Made by a program: the position numbers and the translations under genes. Under the pieces are notes generated by a model. The model was given only the letters and a program-made list of their open reading frames with translations. It was not told where the DNA came from and ran no database searches. Shown one piece after another: positions 1 through 13,052 of a DNA stretch of 64,000 nucleotides; the stretch's first letter is position 1, and each line of letters starts with the position of its first letter. Source of the DNA: Zygnema circumcarinatum SAG 698-1b (Eukaryota > Plantae > Zygnematophyceae); contig CM074806.1 in assembly GCA_037447605.1 (NCBI GenBank), positions 1-64,000 on the forward strand. The letters run 5' to 3'.

Positions 1-557
1 GGCCACAAGGGCCTAAGGGCCTGAGGGCCTGGGGCCTAAAAAGAGGCCACCAAGAGGCCACAAGAGGCCACAAGGCCTGGGGCCACAGGGCCACAAAGTA
101 CAAGAGGCCACAAAGGGCCACAAGAGGCCGCAAGGGCCACAGAGCCTGGGGCCTGAGGCCTGAGGCCACAAGAGGCCTGGGCCTGAGGCCATAAGGGCCT
201 GAGGGGCCCTCTCAAGACCCTGAGAGGCCACAAGGGCCTGAGGGCCCTAGGGCCACAAGGGCCACAAAGACCCTAAGGGCCACAAGGAGCCCTGAGGCCC
301 TGAGATCCTGGGGCCACCAAGGCCACCAAGGGCCCTAAAGAGGCCACAAGGCCTGAGGCCACAAAGAGGCCTGAGACCCACAAGAGGCCCTAAAGGCCCT
401 AGAGGCCTAAGAGGCCACAAAGGGCCACAAAGGGCCACAAAGGGCCACAAGAGGCCACAAGAGGCCACAAAGGAGCCCTGAGGCCACAAAGGCCTAAAAG
501 AGGCAGCTAAGGCCACAAAAGGAGCCCTAAGAGGCCTAAAGGAGCCACCAGGAGGCA
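1..557. repeat. GGCC-rich degenerate satellite (GGCCACAA / GGCCTGA / GGCCCTAA short units)
   Basis: GGCC recurs roughly every 8-12 bp with CACAAG/TGAG/CTAAG spacers. The + strand is T-poor. The array ends at telomere-like repeats. Confidence 0.85.
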
Positions 558-581
558 CCCTAAAACCCTAAAACCCTAAAA
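558..581 (+). repeat. Telomere-like (CCCTAAAA)3 tract
   Basis: ccctaaaa ccctaaaa ccctaaaa, i.e. TTTTAGGG on the minus strand. A similar degenerate tract lies at ~1221-1250. Confidence 0.7.
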
Positions 582-909
582 AACCGGGACGGAGGGAGGG
601 CCGCTGGGTAACAAACAGAGCTTTTTAAGTGGAGGCAGCTTGCAGCCTTGAGGAATGAGGAGATCTTGAGGAGGAGAAGCGAGAGGGAGAGGCGTCGTAC
701 GGACGGCTTAAGATTGCATAGAACGTGTACATTTCGTTCAGAATCCGTAAGAAAAATTAGCACGGGTTACAGTTTCACTTTCAGTTCCAGGTCCAGGTCA
801 CACTGACTTTAAAAGTATGAATTTGTGTGCAAGAACCAAACATGAAGGCCCATACTTCAACAAGGACAATGTCTATGCTCTAGCATTGGTTGTGTAGGGT
901 TTTTTGGGG

Positions 910-1220
910 CAAAATATCAAGATATATCCAGAAAATTTCGAGTGGAATTTATTGTTATACATCGTTGGGGGATTCAAGTGCAGAATATCGAGATATATGC
1001 CAGAGGGATTCTCGTGAAATTTATAGTTATACATCGTTGGGTGATTCAAGTGCAAAATATCGGGATATATGCCAGAGGGATTCTAGTGCAATTTATATTT
1101 ATATATCGTTGGAGGATTGAAACGCAAAATATCGACATATTGCAACGGGATTCGAGTACAATTTGTTATTATATATCGTTGGGGCATTCAAGTGCAGAAT
1201 ATAGGGATATATTGCAAAGG
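910..1220. repeat. 72-bp minisatellite, ~4.3 copies
   Basis: Units beginning cgagatatat/cgggatatat/cgacatat/agggatat start at 989, 1061, 1133 and 1203. They share the core ATCGTTGG-GATTCAAGTGCA-AATAT. Confidence 0.9.
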
Positions 1221-1252
1221 CTAAAACCCAAAAAACCCTAAAAACCCTAATA

Positions 1253-1525
1253 ATATGGTGGAGGTTTTTTTTTGTGCCTTGGTTGGCTTTAGTCAGTCAC
1301 TGCCTCGTGCGAAGGGTTGGCCACGGACCTCTGAGAAATGGTTAACCATATGGTCGAGGCTTTTTCTGCGCCTTGGCAGACTTTACTCAGTCACTGCCTA
1401 ATGCAAATGGTTAGCCACAAAGCCTCAACCAGATGGTTAACCAAATGTTCGAGGTTTTTTTGCGCCTTGGCTGGCTTTAATCAGACACCGCCTCGTGCAA
1501 ATGGTTAGCCACAAGATTAGCCATG
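1253..1525. repeat. 95-bp minisatellite, ~3 copies
   Basis: Units atatggtggagg / atatggtcgagg / aaatgttcgagg start at 1253, 1348 and 1443. They share gccttgg..cttta.tcag.cac.gcct..tgc.aa.ggtt.gccac. Confidence 0.9.
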
Positions 1526-1803
1526 CAGCATAAATGTTCAAGCCATACAACTCTATGCGCATCCATGGATAACTTCTCAGTTGCTCTCTCTCACTCACAA
1601 ACACACACACACACACAGCTTGGCCAGCATTGGACAATTCAAGCGGAAAGAATGCATGCCTTTACCATGACATGACAGGAGAGGCCAATATGACACAGTG
1701 CGAACCGCATGCACCCATCAGAGCTCTAAATAGCGAACTCTCCCCTATACATTGAAACCTCGCGCATCTGTCATAAACAGAGTTTTTAGTCAATAAGCCA
1801 CCT

Positions 1804-4122
1804 TCACGACGTCAGGGCGGGGAAGTACACGCCCTCTGTGGCCACCCACACGTTGTCCGCATTCTTGTACTGCACGGCACACACCTGTACCCAGGAAATT
1901 CCTACTTCTGAGTCATGCACCCAAGAAATTCTGTCTCTCGATTCAATTGAAAAAATTGCAAAAGATGCTTAAAATGGAGTTCCAAGATCCTGATAGCAAC
2001 CGGAGAAGCCATCCCCCTGTTCACCTGAATATAACAGGGAGTCCACCAAAGGGAAGGGGGAAAGGACGCGGGAGGAAAAGAGCCCAGGAAAGTAAGTATG
2101 AAAGGTATTCCCACCTCGTGCTGCCCTGCGATTGGCCTGCCATACTTTTTGTCGTGGCTGTGCAGGAGGGCCTGCGTGGCCACATGGCGTAGCCTCACCT
2201 TCTGGTCGCGATGCCACACATTCCCCTTGCCTTCAATCTCCACCCTGCAGAAACAGGATTCAGATCACGTCATAGCTAATCAGTTTCAGGACAGTGCAGA
2301 GCATCCAGCCTTCTGCCTTGAAAAGTCATGTTCAAATGCATCGGTTTCTAAATTCGTACAAGCCATAGATGGAGCTTGACAAGGATTGTCTGCTAGTTCA
2401 TGACGGAGCCTACTGAAGTTAGTATGTAGAACTAATCTGGCCATAGCACATGTTCAAACTATCAAAGATGTGAGAGATGAGGGAAACTTGCCAACAATAC
2501 TGCTCGGAACTTCCCTGAAAAATCCGAGGTTGGATTCATATGACATTCTGTGAAATAATCATCTGATGGAGCAAAAATGTCCAGAAACTTACTTCCACAC
2601 ATCGCTGTCGTCGCTCTGCTGGTCGGATCCAAATCCACTAACCTGCAGAACGTCAAAAAATAGGTCAGCTAAAAGAGCTGCATCCTGACTCTCAGTCATT
2701 AGGGTATACTTTCATGATTAAATGCTTGTCCAACCTAATGTCCAATGCCTAATGCTTGTTTTTGCTACCCTCATTCGTTTTTTTCTGCGAACTTGATGCA
2801 GTCCACATATGACTTTCATATTCATAGGCCTTTGCGTACAGGGGGCTAGACCTCTGAGAACTCTTATTTTCACCCAAATAAGGAATGCGTATATTTCACT
2901 CGGTTTCACATTCAACACTTCAACAGGCAGTGCAACGAGGAATAGCTGACCGCTCAACCTACCACCATTCTATCTAACCATCCATCAACTATCTACCAGT
3001 CCATCGGCTGAAACCCTCAAGACTTACTGCAACCGCAGGGAATGAGGTTGGGGTCGTACCTCGAAATTATTTGAGATCGGGGAGGCATGCATGTGGGAAT
3101 GCAGCCATGTCCGTGTCTTCATATGCTGCAGTCGGATGAGCGCATGGTTCTGAACCTTCTCACCCTGCTTACATTTCGCATCTTTTTGACATTTCACAAT
3201 CTGCACAAACAAAATCCCTGTAACCGACTTTGAGAACAACTATTCACCGCACATGCTCAGATCATCTGTCGTCCTAACTTGCCAACCGCAGAGAAGCTTT
3301 CCCAAACATGTAAAAAAAGGCGAAGCAAAACCCAACCATCTTCCAAAGTAATTTTTTCAACTTTGTCTTTTCTTTTGTCTTTTCTGTTTCCGCAGCAATA
3401 GCCAATTACTGAGTATTAGAGGCTTCAATTCACCTTACCCAGTAATCGTTTGCATCGTCTCCGCCTTGAAATCCTGTGACGGACTGTTGACCGCTGCCAG
3501 AACCGTACTTGACGTCATGAGAGTGAAGCTTTAACTTCAGGCGGTCGTGCTGGAGCTTAATGGCGCTGCCAATTGTGACCTGCATGTTACACCCAGTTGA
3601 ACAGTATCCAGTTGAGGGAGGGGAGGGGGAGAGGAACAGAGGTGTGCGGTGTGAAAGAGGTGAAAAAAAGGTCAGAAAGTTGTGAGCGGAGGAAAAGCCG
3701 GAAGGGAGAAAAGGCAGATAGAAGAGACGAAACAAAAGCAGGAAAAGCAGGCTTAGGGGAGAATAAAGGGCGGAAGCGAAGAGAGAGATAGCATGGAACG
3801 AGAGGACAGAGGAGAGGACAGGGAGCTGAGAGAAGAGAAAGGAGGCAGACGCATATTTGAGGTTCCAAATGACCCTATAACGAAGGTGACAAACGCCATG
3901 CACTAATAAACTGATGCATCGGCTTGACAGCAGATGCGTCAGAAAAAACCACAGCGAAGGTATCTAGAAAAACAGAATGAAGTAGCGATAATTCACCACA
4001 AATGGACGGCCAGAAATCTGTACCTCACGCATCTTGTCATCATCGTCGGCCCAAGTGACTGAGCAACCAACACTAAGAAGAATGCACATGAAAAGAGCAG
4101 ATGGAAATTTAAATGCAGCCAT
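1804..4122 (-). CDS. SDF2: Stromal cell-derived factor 2-like ER protein (MIR domains), 6 exons
   Basis: Exons with GT-AG borders: 4122-4024 (signal peptide MAAFKFPSALFMCILLSVGCSVTWA), 3579-3439 (VTIGSAIKLQH..LHSHDVKYGSGSGQQSVTG), 3200-3060 (IRLQHMKTRTWLHSHMHASPISNNFE), 2642-2593 (VSGFGSDQQSDDSDVW), 2244-2115 (VRLRHVATQALLHSHDKKY), 1884-1804 (VCAV..VWVATEGVYFP*). These match the known SDF2 pattern. Confidence 0.95.
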
Positions 4123-4544
4123 GGCTGCTCCTACACTTTCCCACAAGGACTTCCCAAAATTTCAGGGGCGAAATATATTCAAATGTTAGTCGATAAGCAG
4201 AAAATGAATGCTGCAACAGCTCGGAACTACAGGACAGCACGCGCTGTGCCAATACTGTCTGCTTGCAATATCCAAGCGGGTGATCCGTGTGCTGCGCCTC
4301 CCTCCCCTCCTCCCTCCGTGACTGGTGATGACACCTTCCAGAGTCCAGGCTGTTCCATGCACCGCTCAGTTCCAGTCCGCGTGCCAGCACGGAAGGCCGG
4401 CCTGGTGCCGTGCCAGTCCGCTCTCCTGAGCGCGTCTCGCAGCGCCGCGTGGCGGGCGCGACGAGAGCCGTCCAGACCGCCAGCGTGGCGATCTGAACGG
4501 CGGAGGAGGGCCGCGACATACCTGCCTGCGCGCGGACCAAAATA

Positions 4545-4580
4545 GTGATAATAATAATTATTATTATTATTATTATTATA
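4545..4580. repeat. (ATA/ATT)n microsatellite
   Basis: gataataataattattattattattattattata. Confidence 0.8.
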
Positions 4581-5348
4581 GTGCGCTGCTATGCGTCGCA
4601 TGACGTTGCGTTAAATCGCATTCAAGTTTGGGACGAGGCTCCATTCGCCGTCCCCCGCGTTCGGGCAAGCGGCGGGCAGGCAGGCAGGCAGGCAGGCGGC
4701 GTGTCCTCTGCTGTCCTCAGAAGGCCGCCCTGCGGCACGATCGGTCCCACACACTGCTCACAGCCGACCTCGCCACATCACATGCGCTCTGCAGTCCAGG
4801 ATCACACCAACGGTGCAGGAGACCAAAATTGGATTTTTGCACATTCTTGGACCACATACATACATACATACGTTGGAATCCAGCTTTTAACTCCAGACAT
4901 TTAAGAAAATGCGTTCAGCTCGAATTGCCTACGTGACCTCTTCCCCAGCCGAACCAAATGCGGAGCACTCCAGTTTGGCGTGAAGACTGGCTGGCTTCCT
5001 ATCTTTACAATCGCCGCTACACAGTCTTCGTATTGTTCTTTGCAGCGAAGGCCTTCACTAGAAGCGCTTGTTTGGACTCCAGGGCGGAGCTGTCATACGG
5101 GTTGCTGCACAGGCAGACAACACTGGAGGCCAAGGTCATGCAAAAACAAGCTGCGCACACGCTCGCTCTCTCGCTCTCAATGCGGCGGGTGTCAACCCTT
5201 TAGCGCAGATGAACCTCGGCATTGACTCAAACTTTTCCCATCGATTCGGCCACTCCCACCGGCCACAAGCACGGTAGGAACAGCCACCGCGTAGTGGGAC
5301 CATGACTCATTCCACAGAGAATGGACAAATACTTCTACCAAGGTTTGG

Positions 5349-5367
5349 TCAGCCTGTGATAGGCGCC

Positions 5368-5406
<39 letters not shown>

Positions 5407-8400
5407 NNNNNNNNNNGGAGGGGGGAGGGAGAGGGGGAAGACAGATACAAACACGTATTTTGTAGGTTTCCATCGTGGAAATACCATGTCTAAGTGTCTT
5501 TCTTTTCCCAAATGATGAACCACCCCATACAATTCCGCCTTCTGCATCCCTATCCATGCCGCACTGGCGGCAAATGTTTTTACAGGGATTTGCTGGAGAG
5601 GAGAAAGCAACATGCCTGTAATGACTGAGTGCAGACAGGCGGTAAACGCTCAGGAAGACGAGCACGTGCAGGGCAATGGAGTAGAAGAAAACAAAGGTTC
5701 TCGCATGCCTGTTCCCATCCATGCCACCAGCGGGGCTTCACCTCCTAAGGCCGTCTCGAACAGAAAGTTTAGAATTGAATCAGGAACACCATAAAAGCTA
5801 AACTCAGGAGTAGACTAGCGATGAACAAAAGGTTAGTACGCTTTTTGTAGGAGGATCACATCGCAATGCGATGTCGACAGGTTTTTGTTTACACCAGAAA
5901 GGTAAGAATTTGCATAATGAAAGCATATTCAAGGCCTCAAATTGCCGTAGGTAAGCGTTTGAGCTACACACTTATTTCCCATTAGAAATCGGCCACTTGT
6001 GAGCGTGATGCGATCCCTAAGGCCGAGTTCCTTGTAGCGCTGCTCCTTCTCCTGTAGCCAAAACGACACGTCCCCTTGAGAGGACAAACCGCCAGGCGCC
6101 TATAGAGTTCAAAGTAGAAAGACAACAAACTGACTCCAACACTTGCAAGAGCAGTGTCGAAGCTGAAGGGGCAAAGACATCGAGAGCAACACGCAGAAAC
6201 TGTTCAGTATAACAACACAGTTTTCCACATGCGCAGACATTCGCAGAGTGCACAAGACGTGAAAACGGATTTGGAGCTGACCTTGTTTGAAAAAGCAGCA
6301 AAAGGGTTAATAGTTTCTTCATATATCTTTTTGTATCTTGCCTCAACTTCAGACCCTCCACCTGCTTCAAGGTCTTCCTCGCGCTGCCAGCACAAGGAAA
6401 GAAAGTGCTTCTTTAACACAGCTTCTTTTATGCGACGTGTACTGTCAAACTAGCGCTTAGGTCTTCCTTTTCCAAGGTTGATACTATTCGTATGGTGGAT
6501 TGTCCTAAAGAAAAACAGTAAAAAAGATTAGGTATTTGCTTCCAGCCCCATGGCCAAACAGTCTATCATCTTGCTCTCACGCCAAGGCCCACCACATATA
6601 GAATAGGAGGCTCTCTGCTACCTTTGCTTGGATACCAGTCATGCCGCTAAATGGAGTGATATTCCAGTTTGCTCAAGATTAAAACAATTTTGCATACAAA
6701 CCTTTCTAAGTCTATGCTGCGGACCTCCTCGTTCCTTCGTGTACTCCTGAACGTAACGGAACTTTTCGTATAGCTTCACATTATCATTCTTTGTGCGTTC
6801 CAGCTCTGCGGTCAGCGTGCTACATTTTTCCCGCATTCTTCTCAGCTCCTGCATAAGACCCAAGGCACACCGCTTCCAGAGTCACAGACAGATCTTGAGC
6901 ATACGGTAGCTTCACCAGAAAAGTGTGTACCGTTGATATGATAACCGCGAAGCCAAAACAGCAAATCACTACAATATGAAACCTCCCTAGCACATAGGAA
7001 ACCAGCTACCACAAGTGCGCAAAAGTGAGATTTCACATTTTCCAGATCTTTAACTTGTACAAGCTTTTCCGCCTACACTGCGTTCCCCTTCATAAACACA
7101 TGTGATTGCCTCACGATAACTTCTGAGCCATCGGCAATCAGTTACCAACCTCCTCTACTTCCACAAGCTTTTGGCGGAAACGGTCGCGCTGCCCACAGAC
7201 GACTGACAGCATCGATTTCTCCTCTTCCTCCACTGGTGCCTCCTTGCCGCTGGTGGCACCGTTGCCATTTCGCTGCAGCAAGTCGGTGATTCGTGCATCT
7301 GGAGCATCCCATTCGTCGGCATTCCCTGGCCGTCGTTCTCCGGACCCATAACCCTGCAAAAGGCACAGCAAGATGCGATCAGCTTCGGCGTCACCTGCAA
7401 AGTTTGCGCCAGAATTGGTCCTACATGGCAATGACTAAAATGACATGTTCGTATCCACTGAATCTGTGAATTTTGCTTAGGTTTATGAACGGCACCCTTC
7501 TTCACGGATACACAAGTAGAAAATAAAATATGGTGCATTGGGGACAAGATAAGATGATTGGAAACATAGGCGAGACGTTTTTCAACAGCTGGACTGAAGT
7601 TCTGGCAAGGTATTTGTGAGGTTTCGAATAGGGCACTCCTGCTCTTATCAATCTCCTTTCTTGAAACACCGCCATTGGTCATATCCAGTATATACTAGCT
7701 TTGCTGAGGCACGACTGGCGGGGTTCTTGATGAAACCATTCATCCAGACTGATTCATGCAGTAAATAGTTTCACCCCAAAGAATTCATTTCTTTTGATTT
7801 TAATCAGCCTTCCGCACAGCTTTCGTGACTTGAGGCTGGGGAAATGGGGCTCAGACGCTTTCCGGTTTGGTATGCATCTGCACAACCTGATAGACCAGTT
7901 TGGACACCTCACCTTTACAATATCATCTTCCAGCCGTGAGATCAGAGCCTTCTGTTCTGCAACCTTGGCCTCCAGCTCTTGCAGTTGCGACACTGCGTCT
8001 TCTGCCTCTTTCACCTTCCCTGACAGTTGAACCTGTTCTCCGCCAGTAGACATAGGCCCCCCGGCAAGTGAAAGGTTACATCGCAGCTGGGACATGGTTA
8101 ACTTCTGCATTGTAGGCATTTCAAGCTTACGTTTCAAACCAGCTGGTAAACAATAGGACAAATCGGACTTTTTCCACAGATAAAAGGACAGGCCTTGCAA
8201 CAGCGTCTAAGTTTTGGCAACCTCGATTTGCCGTAGGGATTTGCAGATTCTGACCTTCACTTGCGTTAGCTCATGCTCCACCTTGCGGTTCTTTTCCAAA
8301 AGCAAAGTCTCCAACTTGCCCATGTCTCCATTTCTCCCCGGAGTATCCCAATCTTCAACTTCCACGGAGTTGTAGCCAACTGCCTGCTACCCCATAATTT

Positions 8401-11400
8401 TCTGATTCTGTTAGACGGAACACGGTATCAAATAATTGTCCACCAACAATGAACGTATACCCGATAGCAGAAACAGATGCCGCAAAACACATGATCATAA
8501 GCAATTACCTGCATAAGGCATCTAGGCATGCTCTATTCCTCAGTTCGCAGAGCAAGTAAAAGTGTCAAGGTGCCACGAATAAGCAGATGTTCACATCCTC
8601 AGTGAAAAAAGAAAGATCACGGAAGTTCATAGCGTTAAAGTCCGCTCTTTTCTCCTCTGTGCAATCATAGAGTCACCATCTTTCCAGAATGTCCATTTCA
8701 AACAAGATCGGCCAGCTCGATAAATTTCTGGCCCAGTCCGGTCACGAAGGCCCTGATGTGACTGGAGGAATATAGGAGCTATAGACTAACCTGGAGAATC
8801 TTCACTTGTTTCCGCAAGTCTTCAACCTGCTTTTCTGTTGGTCGGACACTTAATTCTGCTTGCAGATTTGAAACCAGAGTCTCCTGCAGATATGGCAAAG
8901 CAAGCTATAAATTGAAATTCTTACGTGGTGTTCAATCTGCTCCTTTGCTGAATCGCGAGGTCCGCTTTAACTTACAAAACAAAAGAAAAAGCAAAATTAA
9001 AAATACCAGTGTAATGAAACAACAGCCAGAATTGACTAAAATGATCATGTCATTCACCTTCTCATCCAATATGCTATGAAGCTTCTTCAGCTCAATCAGA
9101 TGGTTGTCACGCTCTGTCGCAAGAGCTGTTTCTACGTTGTGAAGCTCCACATGCAACTCGGAAATGATCTTTTCTTTGGCGCTGAGTGAGACCTCAAGGC
9201 TGCTGCTTGCCTCGAGGTCGAACCTGCGCCCTTGCCATTGGACAACACGGAGCTTTGGCCAAAGAAAACATAGTATGCTAGTGGCAATATCTCTGCTCCA
9301 ATCACAATAACAGGCAGCAACCCTGACACAGGTTCGAAGTCCATGTGTTATCTGAAATTACACCGCGTGACAAAAGGACTTATTGAATGTGAAGGTAGTA
9401 ACACACCGCATAATTCCAGTAATCATGCAAAGTGGAGTATACAAGCTCAAATGACCATAGGTTACTCTTTCCGAGGCAATTTAATGACTCGGAATAGCCC
9501 ACGGAGTGGAATAAACTTTAGAGTGCATCGTGCTATTTGTCAAGGGTCGTTCATGTCGCCGCTGGACATCTCCCTTGAAGTCCCAAAAAAAAAATCTAAG
9601 AGGACCCAGCCTTTTGAGATAAAAGTGGAATTACATGTCAAAGTGCGGAGCCTCCTGTGATTGGGCCTGGTGCAGCTGCGCCTTCAAAGCTTCCTGCGTC
9701 AATGGCCAGCACAAAGGTTAGGATTCAGATTGTTACATCAAATACTGTCCAGTATCATCCGCATTCCCACATTCTCTATCTTCATCCTGGTTCGTGTTCA
9801 CACACGCCTAAAATAAAATAATGTTAGTCTATACATGCTCTAGTCTCAGAATGAAAGTCCCCCACAATTCAAAGCGACGCACATTGTCCGGGCCACCCAC
9901 CAGCTCTTCATCAAAGTGGAGGACGAGATTTGCAACTCCTGTTTACACTCCGTTGATTCAACGTTCTTCCTACACTATGTCTAGTATTACGTCCTCTTCT
10001 CTGTGAGTAATTCCGATCCCGTCGTAACCTACGCAGGGATTTGATGTTTATGGATGCTGAAAACAACCGCCTGCGCCGCACCTTCTCTCTTTCCAAACTC
10101 AAGAGACGAGAGGTTGCACGTTCCACCTCATCCGTCAGCAACGTCATCTCCGACTGCTTTGCCGCTCTCTCTTCCTCTGCCCGGTTTCAGCAATCGTGAA
10201 CAGTTAGGAACTGTCTCACATATTCAAATCAGTTCTCCATGCAGACAAGCCATAGTCGAAGCAACATATATGCCTGTCATAATGATGCCCAGCACATTCC
10301 TAGGCAGCATTTCAACTCTGACAAAAAAGGAAAAGGAAACTCTGCATTTCCTGTTCAAAAGACCGTGGAGTCTAAACCATGTCCGTGGCACACCTGACTG
10401 AGCTCGTAACTCAAACAGTTGGCTTTGCCCAAGCTCATGCAACCGTTGCATATTCTGCACGCTTTCACGGGCCGCCCTAAGCTGGTCATGAAGCTGATTT
10501 TCCCTGCAATACATAAAATTAAACTCGTGTCAGCGCCAAGGCTATATTGACTATTGGTTCACCTACGAGCAGGAGTGGGTTGAGGCAGTAAATGGTCTAA
10601 TGAAATGGCTCCTGGGAAAGCCCAGGACGATACTTCGTCTTTCAAGGTGAGACTGGTCAATGCAATTCATCTCAGTCCTGCAAAGGTTGAAAACGACCCT
10701 CCAGTAAAGGCTAAACTCATCTACAAACCAAGACATTAACAAGCTACGGTAGGGAAACAGACTGAAACTTTCCAAAAACCCGACTACCAATAAAGCACGA
10801 ATAGGAGGTTAAGAAAAGATAGGACAGAAGGACTCGCACCCACGGTCTTCGACTTGACGACAGCTGCTCTGAAGGTTTCAAGGAAGGCAAGAAATAACGT
10901 CCATACCTATCTTTTAAAGTTTCAAAACTCTTCTGGCTCTCTTCGGCAAGGACTTGTTGTTTCATGGCCACCATTTCCTTCACTTTCTCTTCCATCTGTA
11001 GAGCCATAACAAGGCTGGAATCACGATATGGCAAGAAAACCCGAAGGTAGAAAAAAAAAAATCATTTTGAAGATCGAGATTTTCGTGAGTGCTTTGTGCT
11101 TTGTGACCAAATGCTTCGAAGAATGAAGGAACTTAAAGAATACGCTTTCATAAGCGGCCCGTTTTTTATATGTCAAAGCCTATTAGGGAGCATTAGTCTC
11201 ACAGGCTGAAAAGATCAGAGCTACTTAAGTCTTGAAAGGCCAAATGCTGATGTTCAAAGTGCCAGTCTAGCGCACGTCATCCTCCAGAATCAACGTTAGC
11301 ACAGGTCGCCTGCAAGTGACGAGAATAGCTGGACACTAAACGAAGACCTCCAGACAGCTCACCTGCTGTTCCAGTTGCCTATTCCGCTCGTCCAGACGCC

Positions 11401-12542
11401 GAACAGTAGCTTGTTGGTTTTTCAAATGGGCGGATTCTGCTCGAAATTCCTCCAGCTCTTGTTTCATCTTTCTGTTCTCTTGCTCAAGCTCACTGACACG
11501 AGAGGAAACCTCCTGTAGAAGCTCAATAAAAAATTGAACGCTTACACGTCAGTTTCTTCAAAAGTTCAAAAAACTATTTCCACTCAATGATACTTCACAT
11601 TCGATTATTGAGGCACCACTACACTGGGTGATTTAAATCTGTCGCTTTAAATACATGAACATATTGATCAACAGCACATGGCGTGCAAGTTTTCCTGTAT
11701 TCGTCCTCTCCACTCATCAACACCCAATAAATAAATGACGGAATATCGCGTGAGGATCGACTGGTCGTTAATGGGCTTTAAAGAAGCAATGCTAAAGGCT
11801 CTAATTGTGACGAGCGGACAGGGTGCATAAGCCATACCGCTGCCGAGGCCAGGGCAGGCAGCGGATCAGGCGCCTCGTACAGCTTTTGATACACATTGAG
11901 GAAGGCATTTTCCCCAAATTTCGCTCGTTTTGTGAGATTGTCAACCTCCTCTTGAAATGCCTTGAGAAGACCATTGAAATGTTTAGCCTTCTCCTCTGAA
12001 GATGCCTTTTTAAAGTCTGCAGTTGCATCGTGCTCAACCATAACAATAAGCACGCAGATAACCTTGACCAGCGTACCTCAAAAATAAATATTTAGGAAAA
12101 GAAAATGCACTCGTTCCTTGTGTACTGATTGCCATAAGAAACATTTGGAAAACATTGGAATCACAGATTAAAATTTCGCAACCTGCAGGGTGGTCCAATC
12201 ACTTGCCTCTTGTGAGCTCCGCCAGTTTGCGACGATTTTTCAGACTGCTTTCCTGATTTTCAGCAATCTTCAGACCTTGTTCGTCCAGCAAGCCTCGAGC
12301 ATTCTCCAAATCAAATTCTGCGAGCAGAGAGCTACATTTATTCGCCATACAGAAATGTTGTGCACACCCTTCCCAATGCTTTCAAGTACGCACTTCCTGC
12401 TAAAGGAGCCAGGATTACCTTTCCAGTATGCAAAAACGACGGAAATAGGAGATGCAGCGCTGTACGCAGCGGCATCCGACGACCTCGTTTTCGCGGCTTC
12501 TTGGCGCACATCCGCGTCTGGTCCGTCGTCCATGGGATCCAT
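5349..12542 (-). CDS. CASP: Golgin CASP (CUX1/CASP family coiled-coil Golgi membrane protein), multi-exon; last exon uncertain
   Basis: N-terminal exon MDPMDDG..SPISVVFAYWK. Internal segments DFKKASSEEKAKHFNGLLKAFQEEVDNLTKRAKFGENAFLNVYQKLYEAPDP, VCGQRDRFRQKL, DNVKLYEKFRYVQEY and EARYKKIYEETINPFAAF. C-terminal TM segment ARTFVFFYSIALHVLVFLSVYRLSALS. The 3' end (~5349) is a tentative reconstruction. Confidence 0.93.
5369..5426. other. Poly-G run containing a 10-N assembly gap
   Basis: About 38 G, then N at 5407-5416, then further G/GA-rich sequence. Confidence 0.95.
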
Positions 12543-13052
12543 GTTCAGGCGACAGAAGCTCCGAGCCGCCCTAGCGCTTCCCCCCGCGTGTCCGCAGCAT
12601 CCGCCTCGCCTCGGCTCGCCTCTCGCCCCTTCCTGGAGGAGGCCGCAGGGCAGTCCGAGCTCAGCTCAGCTCAACTCAGCTCATGTCGCGTCCGTCCGAC
12701 CCTCTCTCCCTGCGTCGGTCCGCCCTCGGAACGTCGCGCCCAGCCCTGCCTGTCTCTGTCCGCGCTCTACCGGACGGTGAGCGACGACTGCAAAGCAACG
12801 ACGACGAAGCAAAGCGGATCGAGCGCACAACAACAACAACGCGCAGTCGAACACAACCACGAAGGGGAAGGACGGAGCTCGAGGAACCACTCACTGACTG
12901 GCAGGAATGATTGCCGGGCCTGCCCGCTACCATTAGGCGGCGCCAGACCACGTAATGTTACGAACCAGAAAGTTTCGGAAGTACTCTGCCGCACGAGGAT
13001 CGCTATGTCACCGGAATACTTGTTCTGGCCTCAAACTTACCAATAACTTTAG

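Noticed and set aside
13-558. ORFs such as MASQGLERAPQ and MPPGGSFRPL
   Set aside because: They are translations of the GGCC satellite.
910-1525. CRISPR-like look of the regularly spaced repeats
   Set aside because: Whole units repeat with no unique spacers, there are no cas genes, and the context is eukaryotic.
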